A stretch of DNA of 64,000 nucleotides from Candidatus Multivorans sp. (lineage in GTDB: Bacteria > Acidobacteriota > Thermoanaerobaculia > Multivoradales > Multivoraceae): assembly GCA_965247095.1 (NCBI GenBank), contig OZ251997.1, forward strand, positions 3,424,001-3,488,000, given 5' to 3'. The position numbers were made by a program, and so were the translations under genes. The notes under the pieces were generated by a model, which saw only the letters and a program-made list of their open reading frames with translations, searched no databases and was not told the DNA's origin. Positions 1 through 9,308 of this stretch are shown one piece after another; the stretch's first letter is position 1, and each line of letters opens with the position of its first letter.

Positions 1-580
1 ACTTGCTCCTGAAGGAGGCGGAAGGCTCCAGGTGGTGCAGCCCGGCGATCAGCTCGGTGCGGCTCTTGCCTGTCGCGTACCAGAACAGGTCGTGCCTGGG
101 CAGGCCCGAGCGGTGACTCAGCAGGTCGACGGCGGTCATCTGCTCCGTCGCCACCGGGTCGTGGAGGCGGAACTCGGGAAGCACGGTGCGGACCGGCGTG
201 TCCCAGGCGAGGGCGCCTTCGTCGACGTACATGGCCAGCAGGGTGGCGGTGAAGGACTTCGTGTTGGAGCCGATGGCGAAGAGCGTGTCCGGGGTCACGG
301 GGAGCTGCTGCTCGACGTCGCGCCAGCCGTAGCCCGTGGCGAGGATCGTCTTGCCGTCTTCGACGATCGCGACGCCGAGGCCGGGGACCTTCCATTCGGC
401 CATGACGGCTTCGACCCACTGGTCGAAGCCGTCGATGCGGGGGTCGGGGGTTTGGGCGGAGAGGGGGGTGGTGAGGGTGAGGGCGAGGGCGAGGGCGGTG
501 AGGAGGGCGCCCGCCTTGGCGCCGTGCCCTACCAGGGTTCGGCGTGACAGGAGAGTGTGCCCGGGAGAGGTCGACGGCAT
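1..580 (-). CDS. Serine hydrolase, beta-lactamase family (3' end outside window)
   Basis: Manual minus-strand translation from ATG 580: MPSTSPGHTLLSRRTLVG... (Tat-like SRR plus hydrophobic leader), VPGLGVAIV, SxxK motif FAIGSNTKSFTA, LLSHRSGLP. Confidence 0.85.
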   Translation of the reverse strand, partial: MPSTSPGHTLLSRRTLVGHGAKAGALLTALALALTLTTPLSAQTPDPRIDGFDQWVEAVMAEWKVPGLGVAIVEDGKTILATGYGWRDVEQQLPVTPDTLFAIGSNTKSFTATLLAMYVDEGALAWDTPVRTVLPEFRLHDPVATEQMTAVDLLSHRSGLPRHDLFWYATGKSRTELIAGLHHLEPSASFRSK

Positions 581-660
581 GGGTCGCGGCTCCTTGGATG
601 GGGACGTGGGTGCGGCGGGGATGGGCTCGTGGGTGTATACCATCGGGCGGGTTGGGGGGT

Positions 661-2202
661 GTGGACGTGTTGAGGAGCGGTTTCATCGTGTTGGGGCTGG
701 TCGCGGCGCTCGTCCTCGCGGGTTGCAACGGAGCGACCGACGGGACGGACGAAGCCGAGACCCAGGAGTTCGACGTCGTCTTCGAGGGCGCCCGCGTCAT
801 CGACCCCGAGCGAAGGCTCGACGAGGTCAGAAACGTGGGAATTCGCGGCGGTGTCATCGCCGCCTTGACGGAACAGCCCCTCGCCGAGTCCCTCGCCGAC
901 GGCGGCGTCCTCATCGACGCGGCCGACCTGGTCCTGGCGCCGGGATTCGTGGACCTCCACGCCCACGGCCAGGGCTCGGCGTCGCACGAGTACCAGGCAA
1001 GGGACGGCGTCACCACCGCGCTCGAGCTCGAATGGGGCGTCGCCGACGTGGGGGCGTTCCTGGATTCCAGGCGCGGGAAGTCGCTCGTCAACTATGGCGC
1101 CACCATCAATCACGGCGCGTTGAGGGGCCTGGAGATCGTTCCGCAGGAGGAACGGGCGGATCTCGAGGCGGCCTTCACGGCGGCCAGCTCCGCCGACGAG
1201 CCGCTCAGCGCCGAGCGTGACGCCGCGGACAGGACGTACTACTCCGAGCTGCCGCCCGAGCGCTTCCCCGCCATGCTGGAGCGTCTGGACCAGGGACTCG
1301 AGGAAGGCGCCCTGGGGATCGGCCTCGCCGTCCAGTACTACCCGGGCGCGAGCCGCCGGGAGATGTTCGAGGTGTTCCGCTTCGCCGGCGAGAAGCGGGC
1401 CACCATCCACACCCACGTCCGTTCGATGACGATCGAGGCGATGCAGGAAGTCCTGGCCAACGCGGTCGCCACCGGGGCGCCCCTGCACATCGTGCACGTG
1501 AACAGCATGGCCCTCGGCGAGATCGACACGGTGCTAGGCCTGATCGGCGGCGCGCGCCGCCTGGGGCTCGACGTGACGACGGAGGCCTACCCCTACACGG
1601 CCGGCTCGACCAGCCTCCACAGCTCGATCTTCGACGAGGGCTGGCAAGGCCGCCTGGGCATCGACTACGGCGACCTCCAGTGGGAGGCAACGGGAGAGAG
1701 GCTGACCAGGGAGACCTTCGAGCGGTACCGCCGCGAGCGGGGCACGGTCATCCTGCACTTCATGAAGGAAGAGTGGATCGAGACGGCGCTCGCGACCGAC
1801 TGGGTGATCGTCGCCTCCGACGGCATGCCCTACGCCCCGAAGGCGCACCCCCGAACGGCCGGCACCTACTCACGGGTCCTGGGCCGCTACGTCCGCGAAC
1901 GGGGCACGCTCGACCTGATGACCGCCCTGTTGAAGATGAGCCTCCTGCCGGCCGACCGCGTGGCCTCGATGTCCGAGCAGATGAGGCGCAAGGGGCGGAT
2001 CCAGGTCGGTGCCGACGCGGACATCGTCGTGTTCGATCCCGAGACGGTGATCGACACCGCGACGTTCGAAGACGGGCTGTCGTTCTCGGAGGGGATCGTT
2101 CACACGATGGTGAATGGGGTGTTCGTTGTGCGGGACGGGGAGACGGTGGAGGGGGTTGCGCCGGGGCGGGCGATTGTTGGGCGGTTTGCGGGTGAGCCTT
2201 AG
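661..2202 (+). CDS. Amidohydrolase, N-acyl-D-amino-acid deacylase-like lipoprotein
   Basis: ORF 544..2202, start probably near GTG 661. Lipobox LVLAGC, PGFVDLHAH, ASDG...HPR, GRIQVGADADIVVFDP. Confidence 0.85.
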   Translation: MDVLRSGFIVLGLVAALVLAGCNGATDGTDEAETQEFDVVFEGARVIDPERRLDEVRNVGIRGGVIAALTEQPLAESLADGGVLIDAADLVLAPGFVDLHAHGQGSASHEYQARDGVTTALELEWGVADVGAFLDSRRGKSLVNYGATINHGALRGLEIVPQEERADLEAAFTAASSADEPLSAERDAADRTYYSELPPERFPAMLERLDQGLEEGALGIGLAVQYYPGASRREMFEVFRFAGEKRATIHTHVRSMTIEAMQEVLANAVATGAPLHIVHVNSMALGEIDTVLGLIGGARRLGLDVTTEAYPYTAGSTSLHSSIFDEGWQGRLGIDYGDLQWEATGERLTRETFERYRRERGTVILHFMKEEWIETALATDWVIVASDGMPYAPKAHPRTAGTYSRVLGRYVRERGTLDLMTALLKMSLLPADRVASMSEQMRRKGRIQVGADADIVVFDPETVIDTATFEDGLSFSEGIVHTMVNGVFVVRDGETVEGVAPGRAIVGRFAGEP

Positions 2203-2205
2203 TAG

Positions 2206-2490
2206 CGGGCCATCGACGTGACAGGCGTTGGCCTCCGGGGCTGGGGGAGCCACACGTTCCCCGCCGGCCTCGCCTTCGCCGAGCACGGCCTCCGCGACCT
2301 CGTCCTATCCTACGGTTGTCGCGAAGGCCGCGCCGACCCGCCGCTTCCCCCCGAAGGCGTCGCTGGCGACGTGGTGCTGGGACTGACGAAGAGCGGGTGC
2401 CTTTCCTCCTCGACAACGTGCTGCCGGAAGATGTGGAGGCGCAGCTCGACCGTGGCGTGATGATCGGCGCGGGTCGGCGGGAGGGTCGGC
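2206..2490 (+). pseudogene. Frameshifted remnant of an unknown gene, homologous to 8515-8678
   Basis: GDVVLGLT/EERVPFLLDNVLPEDVEAQLDRGVMIGAG aligns with GNVVLELTEERGMYFLDSVLPENVASEIGRGGLIGTG at 8546-8660. Confidence 0.5.
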
Positions 2491-2699
2491 GGAGGTGGGA
2501 GGGACCACAGCGGGCGGCGACTGCCTTGTTAGCGTCGCGATAGGGGCCGCCGAGTCGTTGGTCGGAGGCCTCTAGTGTTGGTCTCTGGCTAGCCGTCTCC
2601 GCCGAGGCACCACGAAGTCCCAATGCACCTGTGCTCTGATCCACGGGCAGGCGGCATAGTGAAGTTGCCCCGGTTTCGTGGACGGTTTAGGTTTGGGGT

Positions 2700-3548
2700 T
2701 CAGGCTGCTTCGCAGTAGGACCTTTCGAAGTTGATGGGCGACCGGTGTCCGATGCCTGAGTGGCGCCGATGCGGGTTGTACCAGCCCTCGATCCAACGGA
2801 AGAGTTCGGTCTTCGCTTCGGCGCGATTTCGGAAGGTCGTCCGGTCGAGCAGTTCGCACTCGAGGCTGGCGAAGAAGCTCTCGGCCATGGCGTTGTCGTA
2901 GCAATCTCCTACGGAACCCATCGAGAGCGCGATGCCTGCGTCTCGGCAGCGCTTCCCGAAGGCCAAGGAAGTGTACTGGCTGCCCTGATCGGAGTGATGG
3001 ATCACCTCCCCCGGCCGGCGCTGGGCGATCGCCATCTCCAGTGCACCGACCACGAGCTCTGTCGCGAGAGACGAGTCCATGGCCCAGCCGACGATTCGCC
3101 GACTGAACACGTCAAGGACGACGGCCAGGTAGAGGAAGCCCGATAGCGTCGGCACGTAGGTGATGTCGGCCAGCCAAAGCCGGTCCGGCGCCTCGGCCGC
3201 AAACTCCCGGTCGACGAGGTCCGGCGCCGGACGCGCCGAAGCGGCGCGGCGGGTTGTCGTCGGCCGCTTGCGCCGGCTGACGCCCGACAAGCCGGACTCT
3301 CGCATGAGTCTGGCGACCCGCTTGCGGCTTACCAGAACCCCGTCGTCGGCCAACTCGGCCTGAATGCGGGGAGCGCCGTAGGTGCCCCGGCTCCGCTTGT
3401 GGATCGCCTGCATCCGCTCGACGAGAGCAGCGTCCGACTTCTCCCTGGCCGACCGCGGTCTCTTCAACCAGGCGTAGTACCCGCTCGTGGAGACGCCGAG
3501 CACACGGGCCATTGTCGTGATCCGGAACTCGGCCTGGTGCGCTCTCAT
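2700..3548 (-). CDS. IS3-family transposase OrfB (rve DDE integrase core)
   Basis: YGAPRI, WLADITYV, HHSDQGSQY, DNAMAESFFASLECE, YNPHRRHS. Confidence 0.95.
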   Translation of the reverse strand: MRAHQAEFRITTMARVLGVSTSGYYAWLKRPRSAREKSDAALVERMQAIHKRSRGTYGAPRIQAELADDGVLVSRKRVARLMRESGLSGVSRRKRPTTTRRAASARPAPDLVDREFAAEAPDRLWLADITYVPTLSGFLYLAVVLDVFSRRIVGWAMDSSLATELVVGALEMAIAQRRPGEVIHHSDQGSQYTSLAFGKRCRDAGIALSMGSVGDCYDNAMAESFFASLECELLDRTTFRNRAEAKTELFRWIEGWYNPHRRHSGIGHRSPINFERSYCEAA

Positions 3549-3853
3549 GAACCTGAAGACCCCTTCGGGCCCGTCTCCCGGGCGAACCAGGCCGTTGCTC
3601 TTGCCAGGATCTCCCGCTCCTCGCGCAGCCGGCGATTGTCGCGGCGCAGGCGCCGCAGCTCTTCGCGCTCCGCCGTGGTCAGTCCGTCAGCGCGGCGGCC
3701 CTCGTCCCGGTCTGCCTGGGCCACCCAGTTACGGATGGACTGCGCTGAGGGCTCGAACTCGCAGGCTAGTTGGTCCGGGCTGCGCCCGGACCGGACCAGA
3801 TCCACCATCTGTTGCCGGTACTCTGCCGGGTACCGAGGTCTTGATCTTGGCAT
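3545..3853 (-). CDS. IS3-family transposase OrfA (HTH)
   Basis: MPRSRPRYPAEYRQQMVDLVRSG...ELRRLRRDNRRLREEREIL. Overlaps orfB by ATGA. Confidence 0.92.
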   Translation of the reverse strand: MPRSRPRYPAEYRQQMVDLVRSGRSPDQLACEFEPSAQSIRNWVAQADRDEGRRADGLTTAEREELRRLRRDNRRLREEREILARATAWFARETGPKGSSGS

Positions 3854-3946
3854 CGTGGGTACCTCCTCCTCCAAGGATGAAGTGTCCACCAAACCGGGGC
3901 AAGCTCATAGATCAGCCATCTGCATCACACTCCAAACGCACTCTGT

Positions 3947-4474
3947 CTACGGCAGGAATCCGCAAACCTCTAGTCCGTAGCTGAGTATGGAGTCGTAGAT
4001 CCGCACGTCTCCAATGACCTCGCGGGGAATCCCCAATTCGAGGCGCTTCCTGATTCCGGCTTCGTCGATTCGCCAGATCGGCTCAGTCTTCGGTTCCGCA
4101 CCGTAGCGATCAGCGTTGATCATGGCAAGGCCATTGACCGCTCACAGGCGACGGTGGTCGGTGCGGAAATAGACTGCGGATGGTTCGCGGCATTCGATCC
4201 GTCTGCGGTCCACCGTGTAGGGCCACTCGCCACGAGTTCAGGTGGCGCGGTCGATCTCGTGGGGATCTGGTGGCCTAGAGGCAGACCGAACGCGAGTGCT
4301 TTCTGACTCAGCCGAGGCCCGAGTCGGGCTGGCCGCTTCGCGATTCCCTGTCGGCCGATAAATCACGCCCAGAAGAGCTGAAACAAGGGCCAACAACAGA
4401 CTGCCGACAACAATAATGCCAAGCATCCATAGGCATCCGCTTGTGCATCCGCTCCCACGTTCGGTCTCAGCCAT
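3947..4474 (-). pseudogene. Membrane-anchored DUF2511/YebY-like gene with two in-frame TGA stops
   Basis: Reading through TGA at 4238-4240 and 4142-4144 gives ...DRAT*TRGEWPYTVDRRRIECREPSAVYF...RRL*AVNGLA...EPIWRIDE...YGLEVC, ending at TAG 3947. N-terminal transmembrane segment. Confidence 0.55.
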
Positions 4475-5306
4475 CGGCGTACCGCTCCTTCGCGCGCGAC
4501 ACGGCTTGTTCTAGACGCAGGCCCGAGGACAGTCGCTTCCAGATTACCTGCCATCGATCACGATCCCACCCCATATAGTCGGCTAGAGTTGCCGGTGCCA
4601 TCACGAAGTCGATCGCAACGATGCAAACTAAGTTGGCCAGCCGCTCGCTGCTGACCTCTTTGTAGAAGTTTGTGACTGGAGTGCTGCCGATGCTCGCTCG
4701 GTCACCCGGTGTCCAACTCAATTGATGGATGGCCCAATGGTGGCCGTGTACTGCGGCCGAGAAGATCCTGTAGAGCGACTCACCCTTCAACTTGGAGACG
4801 AGTTGAGTCGCTGTCGGCATCTTGCCGATACCCTTGACTCGACCGTTGGGTCTGCGAACGACCGTCACTCCTAGGTGTGTTGCCTCTACAGCCAGATCCT
4901 CAATTCGTTTCTCATATTGATCGACCGACTTGTTCTCAGACCGTCGGTATTTCACGTTCTGCACGATTCCGTTATGCCGATGGGCGTAGATCCGAGCCTG
5001 GCGTTCTGTCGGATCAAGTTCGGGGTCAAGCAGCCAGAAGACGCGGGAACTGAGTTCAAGCACCACGCGCGCGCAGGAGCAGGCTCCCAAGAGTTTCACT
5101 GGCTGATCCAAGGCATCAAGGAAGAGGCTGGTGTGATCATCCATGGAGTCCATCAGCGTCATCCCTATGCCATAGGCGGTCAGGGCGCGTTTGGGATTTC
5201 CCAGGAGGTCGGCTGGAGAACCCTTGGCTGGTTTGTCGGGTTGGTTCTTGATGTAGTCCGCAAGTTCGACCAGAAACTCGCGCAACACTTCTTGTTCCCT
5301 CGTCAC
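4467..5306 (-). CDS. Hypothetical helical protein, DUF5677/HEPN-like
   Basis: 279-aa lower-GC ORF with ARVVLELSSRVFWLL and LYRIFSAAVHG patterns. Confidence 0.5.
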   Translation of the reverse strand: MTREQEVLREFLVELADYIKNQPDKPAKGSPADLLGNPKRALTAYGIGMTLMDSMDDHTSLFLDALDQPVKLLGACSCARVVLELSSRVFWLLDPELDPTERQARIYAHRHNGIVQNVKYRRSENKSVDQYEKRIEDLAVEATHLGVTVVRRPNGRVKGIGKMPTATQLVSKLKGESLYRIFSAAVHGHHWAIHQLSWTPGDRASIGSTPVTNFYKEVSSERLANLVCIVAIDFVMAPATLADYMGWDRDRWQVIWKRLSSGLRLEQAVSRAKERYADG

Positions 5307-5525
5307 GCCTCGACTCCAATCTCGACCTGAATCGGCTTCATCGCGGTAGTTCTCCTGAAGAGCTTAGGGAGGTTCGGGCGTTTCCCCTCCACCATATCCT
5401 CGACAGAAAGATCTTGGATCACTGGATAAGTTCCCGTATCATCCGTGAACGTGCGTCTGCTGCGGTTGTTCTCTACCATCGTCATCTGGTTCTCAAAGCA
5501 GATCAGCACCCCAGCCGATGAGTTC
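5303..5525 (-). pseudogene. C-terminal fragment of a DNA methyltransferase/Mrr-like restriction protein
   Basis: AGVLICFE...YPVIQDLSVEDMVEGKRPNLP resembles the YPxIQILTxEELLxGKRPxLP tail of such proteins. The N-terminal part is absent. Confidence 0.4.
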
Positions 5526-5886
5526 GGCTACTGGCCGAGTACGTAGCTTGAAGGGGAAGCGCGCCTGAATGGAAACGCCGTTCAGGAAAACGCATCGTCA
5601 TCAGCTGCGAGGAGGTTCCGGGCACCTTCTAGATTGCCATCTTCGGCATGAGCCAAGATCTGCAGCATGAACGCCTCTCAGCGATTTGGTTCGCTCATCG
5701 GAGGAGTTGGAATCCCTAGGTTGGCGAGCTTCTTGCTCCAGTAGATGCGATGTTCCACAGGGTCGATCTCCAATATTCTCGGAACCAGAGCAACGAAGCG
5801 GGTGCGTTCATCTTGGGGCCAGACGGTTAGCTTTGTTGAGTTCACATCAAGGTTGAGCGCTGGACATTCTCTGACGGCCCCCTCTA

Positions 5887-7023
5887 GTGTAGTGTCTCCG
5901 ACATGGGTTGACAGTCTCGGGCAAGTTCGTCAGTATTCCGTTCATGTGGGAACCAGCGGAACGACTTCACATCGAAGAGAGGGATCGAGCGCTTCTCAAG
6001 AAATGGGTAGAGGCGCCGACGACGACGCAACGCACGGTCCGGCGTAGCCGGATCGTGCTCGCTGCGGCGGAGGGCACGGCCAATCGGGCGATTGCGGCGA
6101 AACTCGGCGTTTCGCGGCCCACGGTGCTGCTGTGGCGTCGTCGGTTCGCGGAGGACGGACCTTCGGGGCTGACCAGGGATCGTCCCCGCGGTTGCGGAAA
6201 GCCGCCGCTCTCGGAGTCGGTCGTGCGTAAAGTGATCGAAGCGACGCTGCACGAGAAGCCGCCCGGTCAGACCCACTGGAGCGTGCGTTCGATGGCTCGG
6301 GCCCAGGGCATCAGTCCGGCGGCGGTCCAGCGCATCTGGGTGGCGCACGGGCTGAAGCCCCATCTGGTCAAGACGTTCAAGCTGAGCAACGACCCCAGGT
6401 TCGTGGAAAAGCTGCGGGACGTTGTGGGCCTGTACCGGAATCCGCCCGAGAACGCGCTTGTGCTGTGCGTGGACGAGAAGAGCCAGATCCAGGCTCTGGA
6501 CCGGACCCAGCCGGGCTTGCCGCTCAAGCGCGGCCGCGCGGGAACGATGACCCACGACTACAAGCGCAACGGGACGACGACGTTGTTCGCTGCGCTGAAC
6601 GTGTTGGAGGGCACGGTGATCGCGGAGTGCATGGGCCGGCAGCGCCACCAGGAGTTTCTCCGTTTCCTCAAGCGTCTCGACCGTGAGATCCCGAAGCATC
6701 TCGACCTGCACCTGATCCTGGACAACTACCAGACCCACAAACACGCCGCCGTGCGCGCATGGCTGGAGCGAAAGCCTCGCTTCCACTTCCATTTCATTCC
6801 CACTTCGTCGCCCTGGCTCAACCTGGTCGAACGCTGGCTGGGCGGTCTGACCACGAAGGCGATCCGGCGCGGTGCATTCCAGAGCGTCAACGACCTCGTA
6901 AAGACCATCTACGACTACGTGGAGCACAGCAACGAAAACTCCCGGCCGTTCGTCTGGACGGCCACCGCCGACAGCATCATCGCAAAGGTTACACGTGGTA
7001 AAGCCATGTTGGAGACAGTACAC
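5887..7023 (+). mobile_element. IS630-family insertion sequence, complete
   Basis: IRs (CTA)GTGTAGTGTCTCCGACATGG and reverse complement (CTA)GTGTACTGTCTCCAACATGG. TA duplicated in a CTAG context at 5884-5887 and 7023-7026. Confidence 0.93.
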
Positions 7024-7026
7024 TAG
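5944..7026 (+). CDS. IS630-family transposase
   Basis: HTH N-terminus, CVDEKSQIQALDRTQP, HDYKRNGTTTLFAAL, ILDNYQTHK, WLNLVERW. The stop codon TAG overlaps the target duplication. Confidence 0.95.
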   Translation: MWEPAERLHIEERDRALLKKWVEAPTTTQRTVRRSRIVLAAAEGTANRAIAAKLGVSRPTVLLWRRRFAEDGPSGLTRDRPRGCGKPPLSESVVRKVIEATLHEKPPGQTHWSVRSMARAQGISPAAVQRIWVAHGLKPHLVKTFKLSNDPRFVEKLRDVVGLYRNPPENALVLCVDEKSQIQALDRTQPGLPLKRGRAGTMTHDYKRNGTTTLFAALNVLEGTVIAECMGRQRHQEFLRFLKRLDREIPKHLDLHLILDNYQTHKHAAVRAWLERKPRFHFHFIPTSSPWLNLVERWLGGLTTKAIRRGAFQSVNDLVKTIYDYVEHSNENSRPFVWTATADSIIAKVTRGKAMLETVH

Positions 7027-7101
7027 GTCCTAGCTCTGGGACCGTCCGCCCCGTCGCTGGCCCGCTGAGGGCGGGCAAGTCCCACTCTTTCTCGGATGCG
7101 G

Positions 7102-8298
7102 TCACCAACTTCCATGTCGCCTTCGCCCGGTCCAAAGTGCGGACTTCCATCGCTCCAGTTCCTTCCTCCGGAACGCGATGTCCTTCAGGCCCCAGATCGA
7201 TCGCAGCCAGTCGCTTGCGCCTACGATGTAGCCCGGGAGCGCGGCGCTCGCGGCCCGTGCCGCGGGCGACGACAGTGCACTGCGGTAGTGGGCCATGATC
7301 TCCGGCGTCAGGACGCTTCGGTCGCCGACCGCTCTCGGCATCACTCCGTTCACGAAGATGTTGTGATGCCGCAGCAGGTACTGGCCGATCCAGCTCGACA
7401 TCAGGAAGCTGAACGACTTGAAGTGGAAGTCGTCCCGGACCGGCCAGCACCAGGTGTTCGCGATGACGAGACGCTTGACGCGCTCCGGGTGCTTGCGTGC
7501 GAAGTCGAGGCCGATCGGCCCACCCCAGGCGGTCATGAATAGGGTGATCTCGCGAAGGTCGAGATGGTCGAGCAGGGTGGTCAGGCGGTGCGCATGACTC
7601 TCGGGACGATGGTCTTCGCGCAGCGCACTCCGTGACGAGAGACGGAAGCCGATGCGGTCGAGTGCGACACAGCGGAACTCCGATCGCAGTTCCCGGACCG
7701 GATGCCGGAACTCGCACGACCATGCGGGGTTCCCGTGGACGAACACGAGCGGTTCGCCCTTGCCTTCGTCGATGTAGTGCATCCGGTGATCGGGTGGGAG
7801 GGCGAGAAAGCGGCTCTCGAAGGGAAACAGGTCGTCCGAAACCCAATCGGGGCGGGCGGTCGATGCGATCCTGTTGCACGCGGCGCACAGCTCCCTGAGC
7901 TTCTCGAGACAGTCCGCCCAGCTCCGCTCGTGCTCGTCGCGGGCCTCGTCCTGGGTGAACCGGGCGTGAGTGAGCGTGAGGCGCGTCCTGTCGGCCGATT
8001 CAGGTTCGAACTCGATGGTGACCAGCGTGTCGGTGTCGCTGCCTTCCGAGCGCCAGGTGTGCACCAGACGACGTAGCGGCGCGACTTCCCGGTACACGCC
8101 GCGGGCGAGCCAGCGCTGCCCGTCGGTCCCGCGCATCTCGATGAGGAATGTCCCGCCGACCGCGACGTCGGCGACCGCGCGGGAGGCGACGGCATCGCCC
8201 GGCGCCAGCCATTGCGTCAGCAACTCCGGGTCGGTCCATGACGCGTAGACCCGTTGGACCGGTGCGTCGATCACGCGTCGCAGCGTCAGGTCCGTCAT
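7102..8298 (-). pseudogene. In-frame fusion of an SRPBCC (AHSA1-like) domain and a degenerate haloalkane-dehalogenase-like alpha/beta hydrolase
   Basis: MTDLTLRRVIDAPVQRVYASWTDPELLTQW (SRPBCC), then RPDWVSDDLFPFESRF...MHYIDEG...VHGNPAW. The nucleophile elbow reads MTAWGG instead of xDWGG. The C-terminus is shortened and lacks the catalytic His segment. Confidence 0.7.
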
Positions 8299-8514
8299 CG
8301 CCGTTTCGCCCTCCTCGTCGGTGCCGGTCTCGACCAGTGCACCGAGCGCATCGAAGCGCTCCGTCCAGAAGCGCGCGTGGAACTCGAGCCAGTCCTGGGC
8401 GTCCCGGAGCGCGGCCGGGTTGATCCGGCACACCCCGTTCCCGGCCCCTCGCTTCGCGTGTGACGAGGCCGGCGCGTTCGAGTACGCCGAGGTGAATCAA
8501 CGGCTTGGAAGAGC
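8299..8514 (-). pseudogene. ArsR/SmtB-family regulator remnant (frameshifted, 5' truncated)
   Basis: HLGVLERAGLVTREARGRER in one frame continues as CRINPAALRDAQDWLEFHARFWTERFDAL in another. ArsR is the usual upstream partner of SRPBCC genes. Confidence 0.7.
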
Positions 8515-8678
8515 CGGACTGATTTGCGGCCGAAGTCGCGGCCGCCGGCAACGTGGTGCTGGAGCTGACGGAGGAGCGGGGGATGTACTTCCTGGATAGC
8601 GTGTTGCCGGAGAATGTGGCCTCCGAGATCGGCCGCGGCGGATTGATCGGCACCGGCTGGCGCAAGGATTCGGCTTAG
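8515..8678 (+). pseudogene. C-terminal remnant of an unknown gene, homologous to 2206-2490
   Basis: FAAEVAAAGNVVLELTEERGMYFLDSVLPENVASEIGRGGLIGTGWRKDSA*. Confidence 0.45.
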
Positions 8679-8777
8679 GCGGGGAGGGAGTAGAGCGGGC
8701 GAACGACCCCTTGGTAGCGGTGCAGCGAGAGTCGTCGAGCGACGAGAGCGGGCAGACGGTCCAGATTGGGTAGTGCG

Positions 8778-9275
8778 TCAGTCTGAAGTCTCCGGCCGAT
8801 TCAGGGCGGTGATGTCCTTCTCGTCGGGCGGGCTAGCGATGTCCAGGATGGTGCAGACGGCCAGCTGCAGGTCGGTGCTTGTGTGTCGAAGGTCGGCCAG
8901 ATGAGAATCGTCGAAGTACCGCCATGCCTCAAAGTCATGCCGGTGGAGCTCCAGAACCTCCGGAAACGCCTTGTCGGCATCGTTTGCCGGGTGCCGTTGC
9001 ATGAGTTGAGACTTGCTCTCGGCTGGCAGGGCGCGGTAGAGGGTCGCCAGATCGTGGGTTCTTCGGTGGCCACCTGTCTCCCGCACAAGAAGCGCCTTCA
9101 GGCCATACTCGGCCGCGAGAGCGGTCAGGATGAACGATGCCCACATCCGTCCGAGCCTCTCGGCTTTGTTGGTCGACGTGCCCGTTCGGGCGAGCCGGTA
9201 GAGGGTGAACGATGCGTGCTGCATCGCTATCGCTTGCCCGAACCGCAGCCGAAAAGGTGGCTTCTCCGCTTCCAT
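8778..9275 (-). CDS. HEPN-domain protein
   Basis: LAAEYGLKALL...GHRRTHDLATLYRALP...FEAWRY matches the HEPN pattern E..LKA / THDL..L / WRY. Confidence 0.7.
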   Translation of the reverse strand: MEAEKPPFRLRFGQAIAMQHASFTLYRLARTGTSTNKAERLGRMWASFILTALAAEYGLKALLVRETGGHRRTHDLATLYRALPAESKSQLMQRHPANDADKAFPEVLELHRHDFEAWRYFDDSHLADLRHTSTDLQLAVCTILDIASPPDEKDITALNRPETSD

Positions 9276-9308
9276 CGGCAGAAGATCAGCAAGCGTCTGG
9301 TGGCGGTA

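Larger units (their letters stand above)
2660..3907 (-). mobile_element. IS3-family insertion sequence, complete (1248 bp)
   Basis: Terminal IRs TGAAGTTGCCCCGGTTTCGTGGAC (from 2660) and TGAGCTTGCCCCGGTTTGGTGGAC (reverse complement, ending 3907). 5'-TG...CA-3' ends. 3-bp TAG target duplication at 2657-2659 and 3908-3910. Contains orfA and orfB. Confidence 0.95.

Noticed and set aside
460-510. Hexamer repeat GAGGGY
   Set aside because: It encodes the Leu-Ala/Leu-Thr hydrophobic core of a signal peptide on the minus strand.
2572-2590. CTAGTGTTGGTCTCT resembling an IS630 end
   Set aside because: The match to CTAGTGTAGTGTCTCC is short and imperfect, with no partner IR or transposase.
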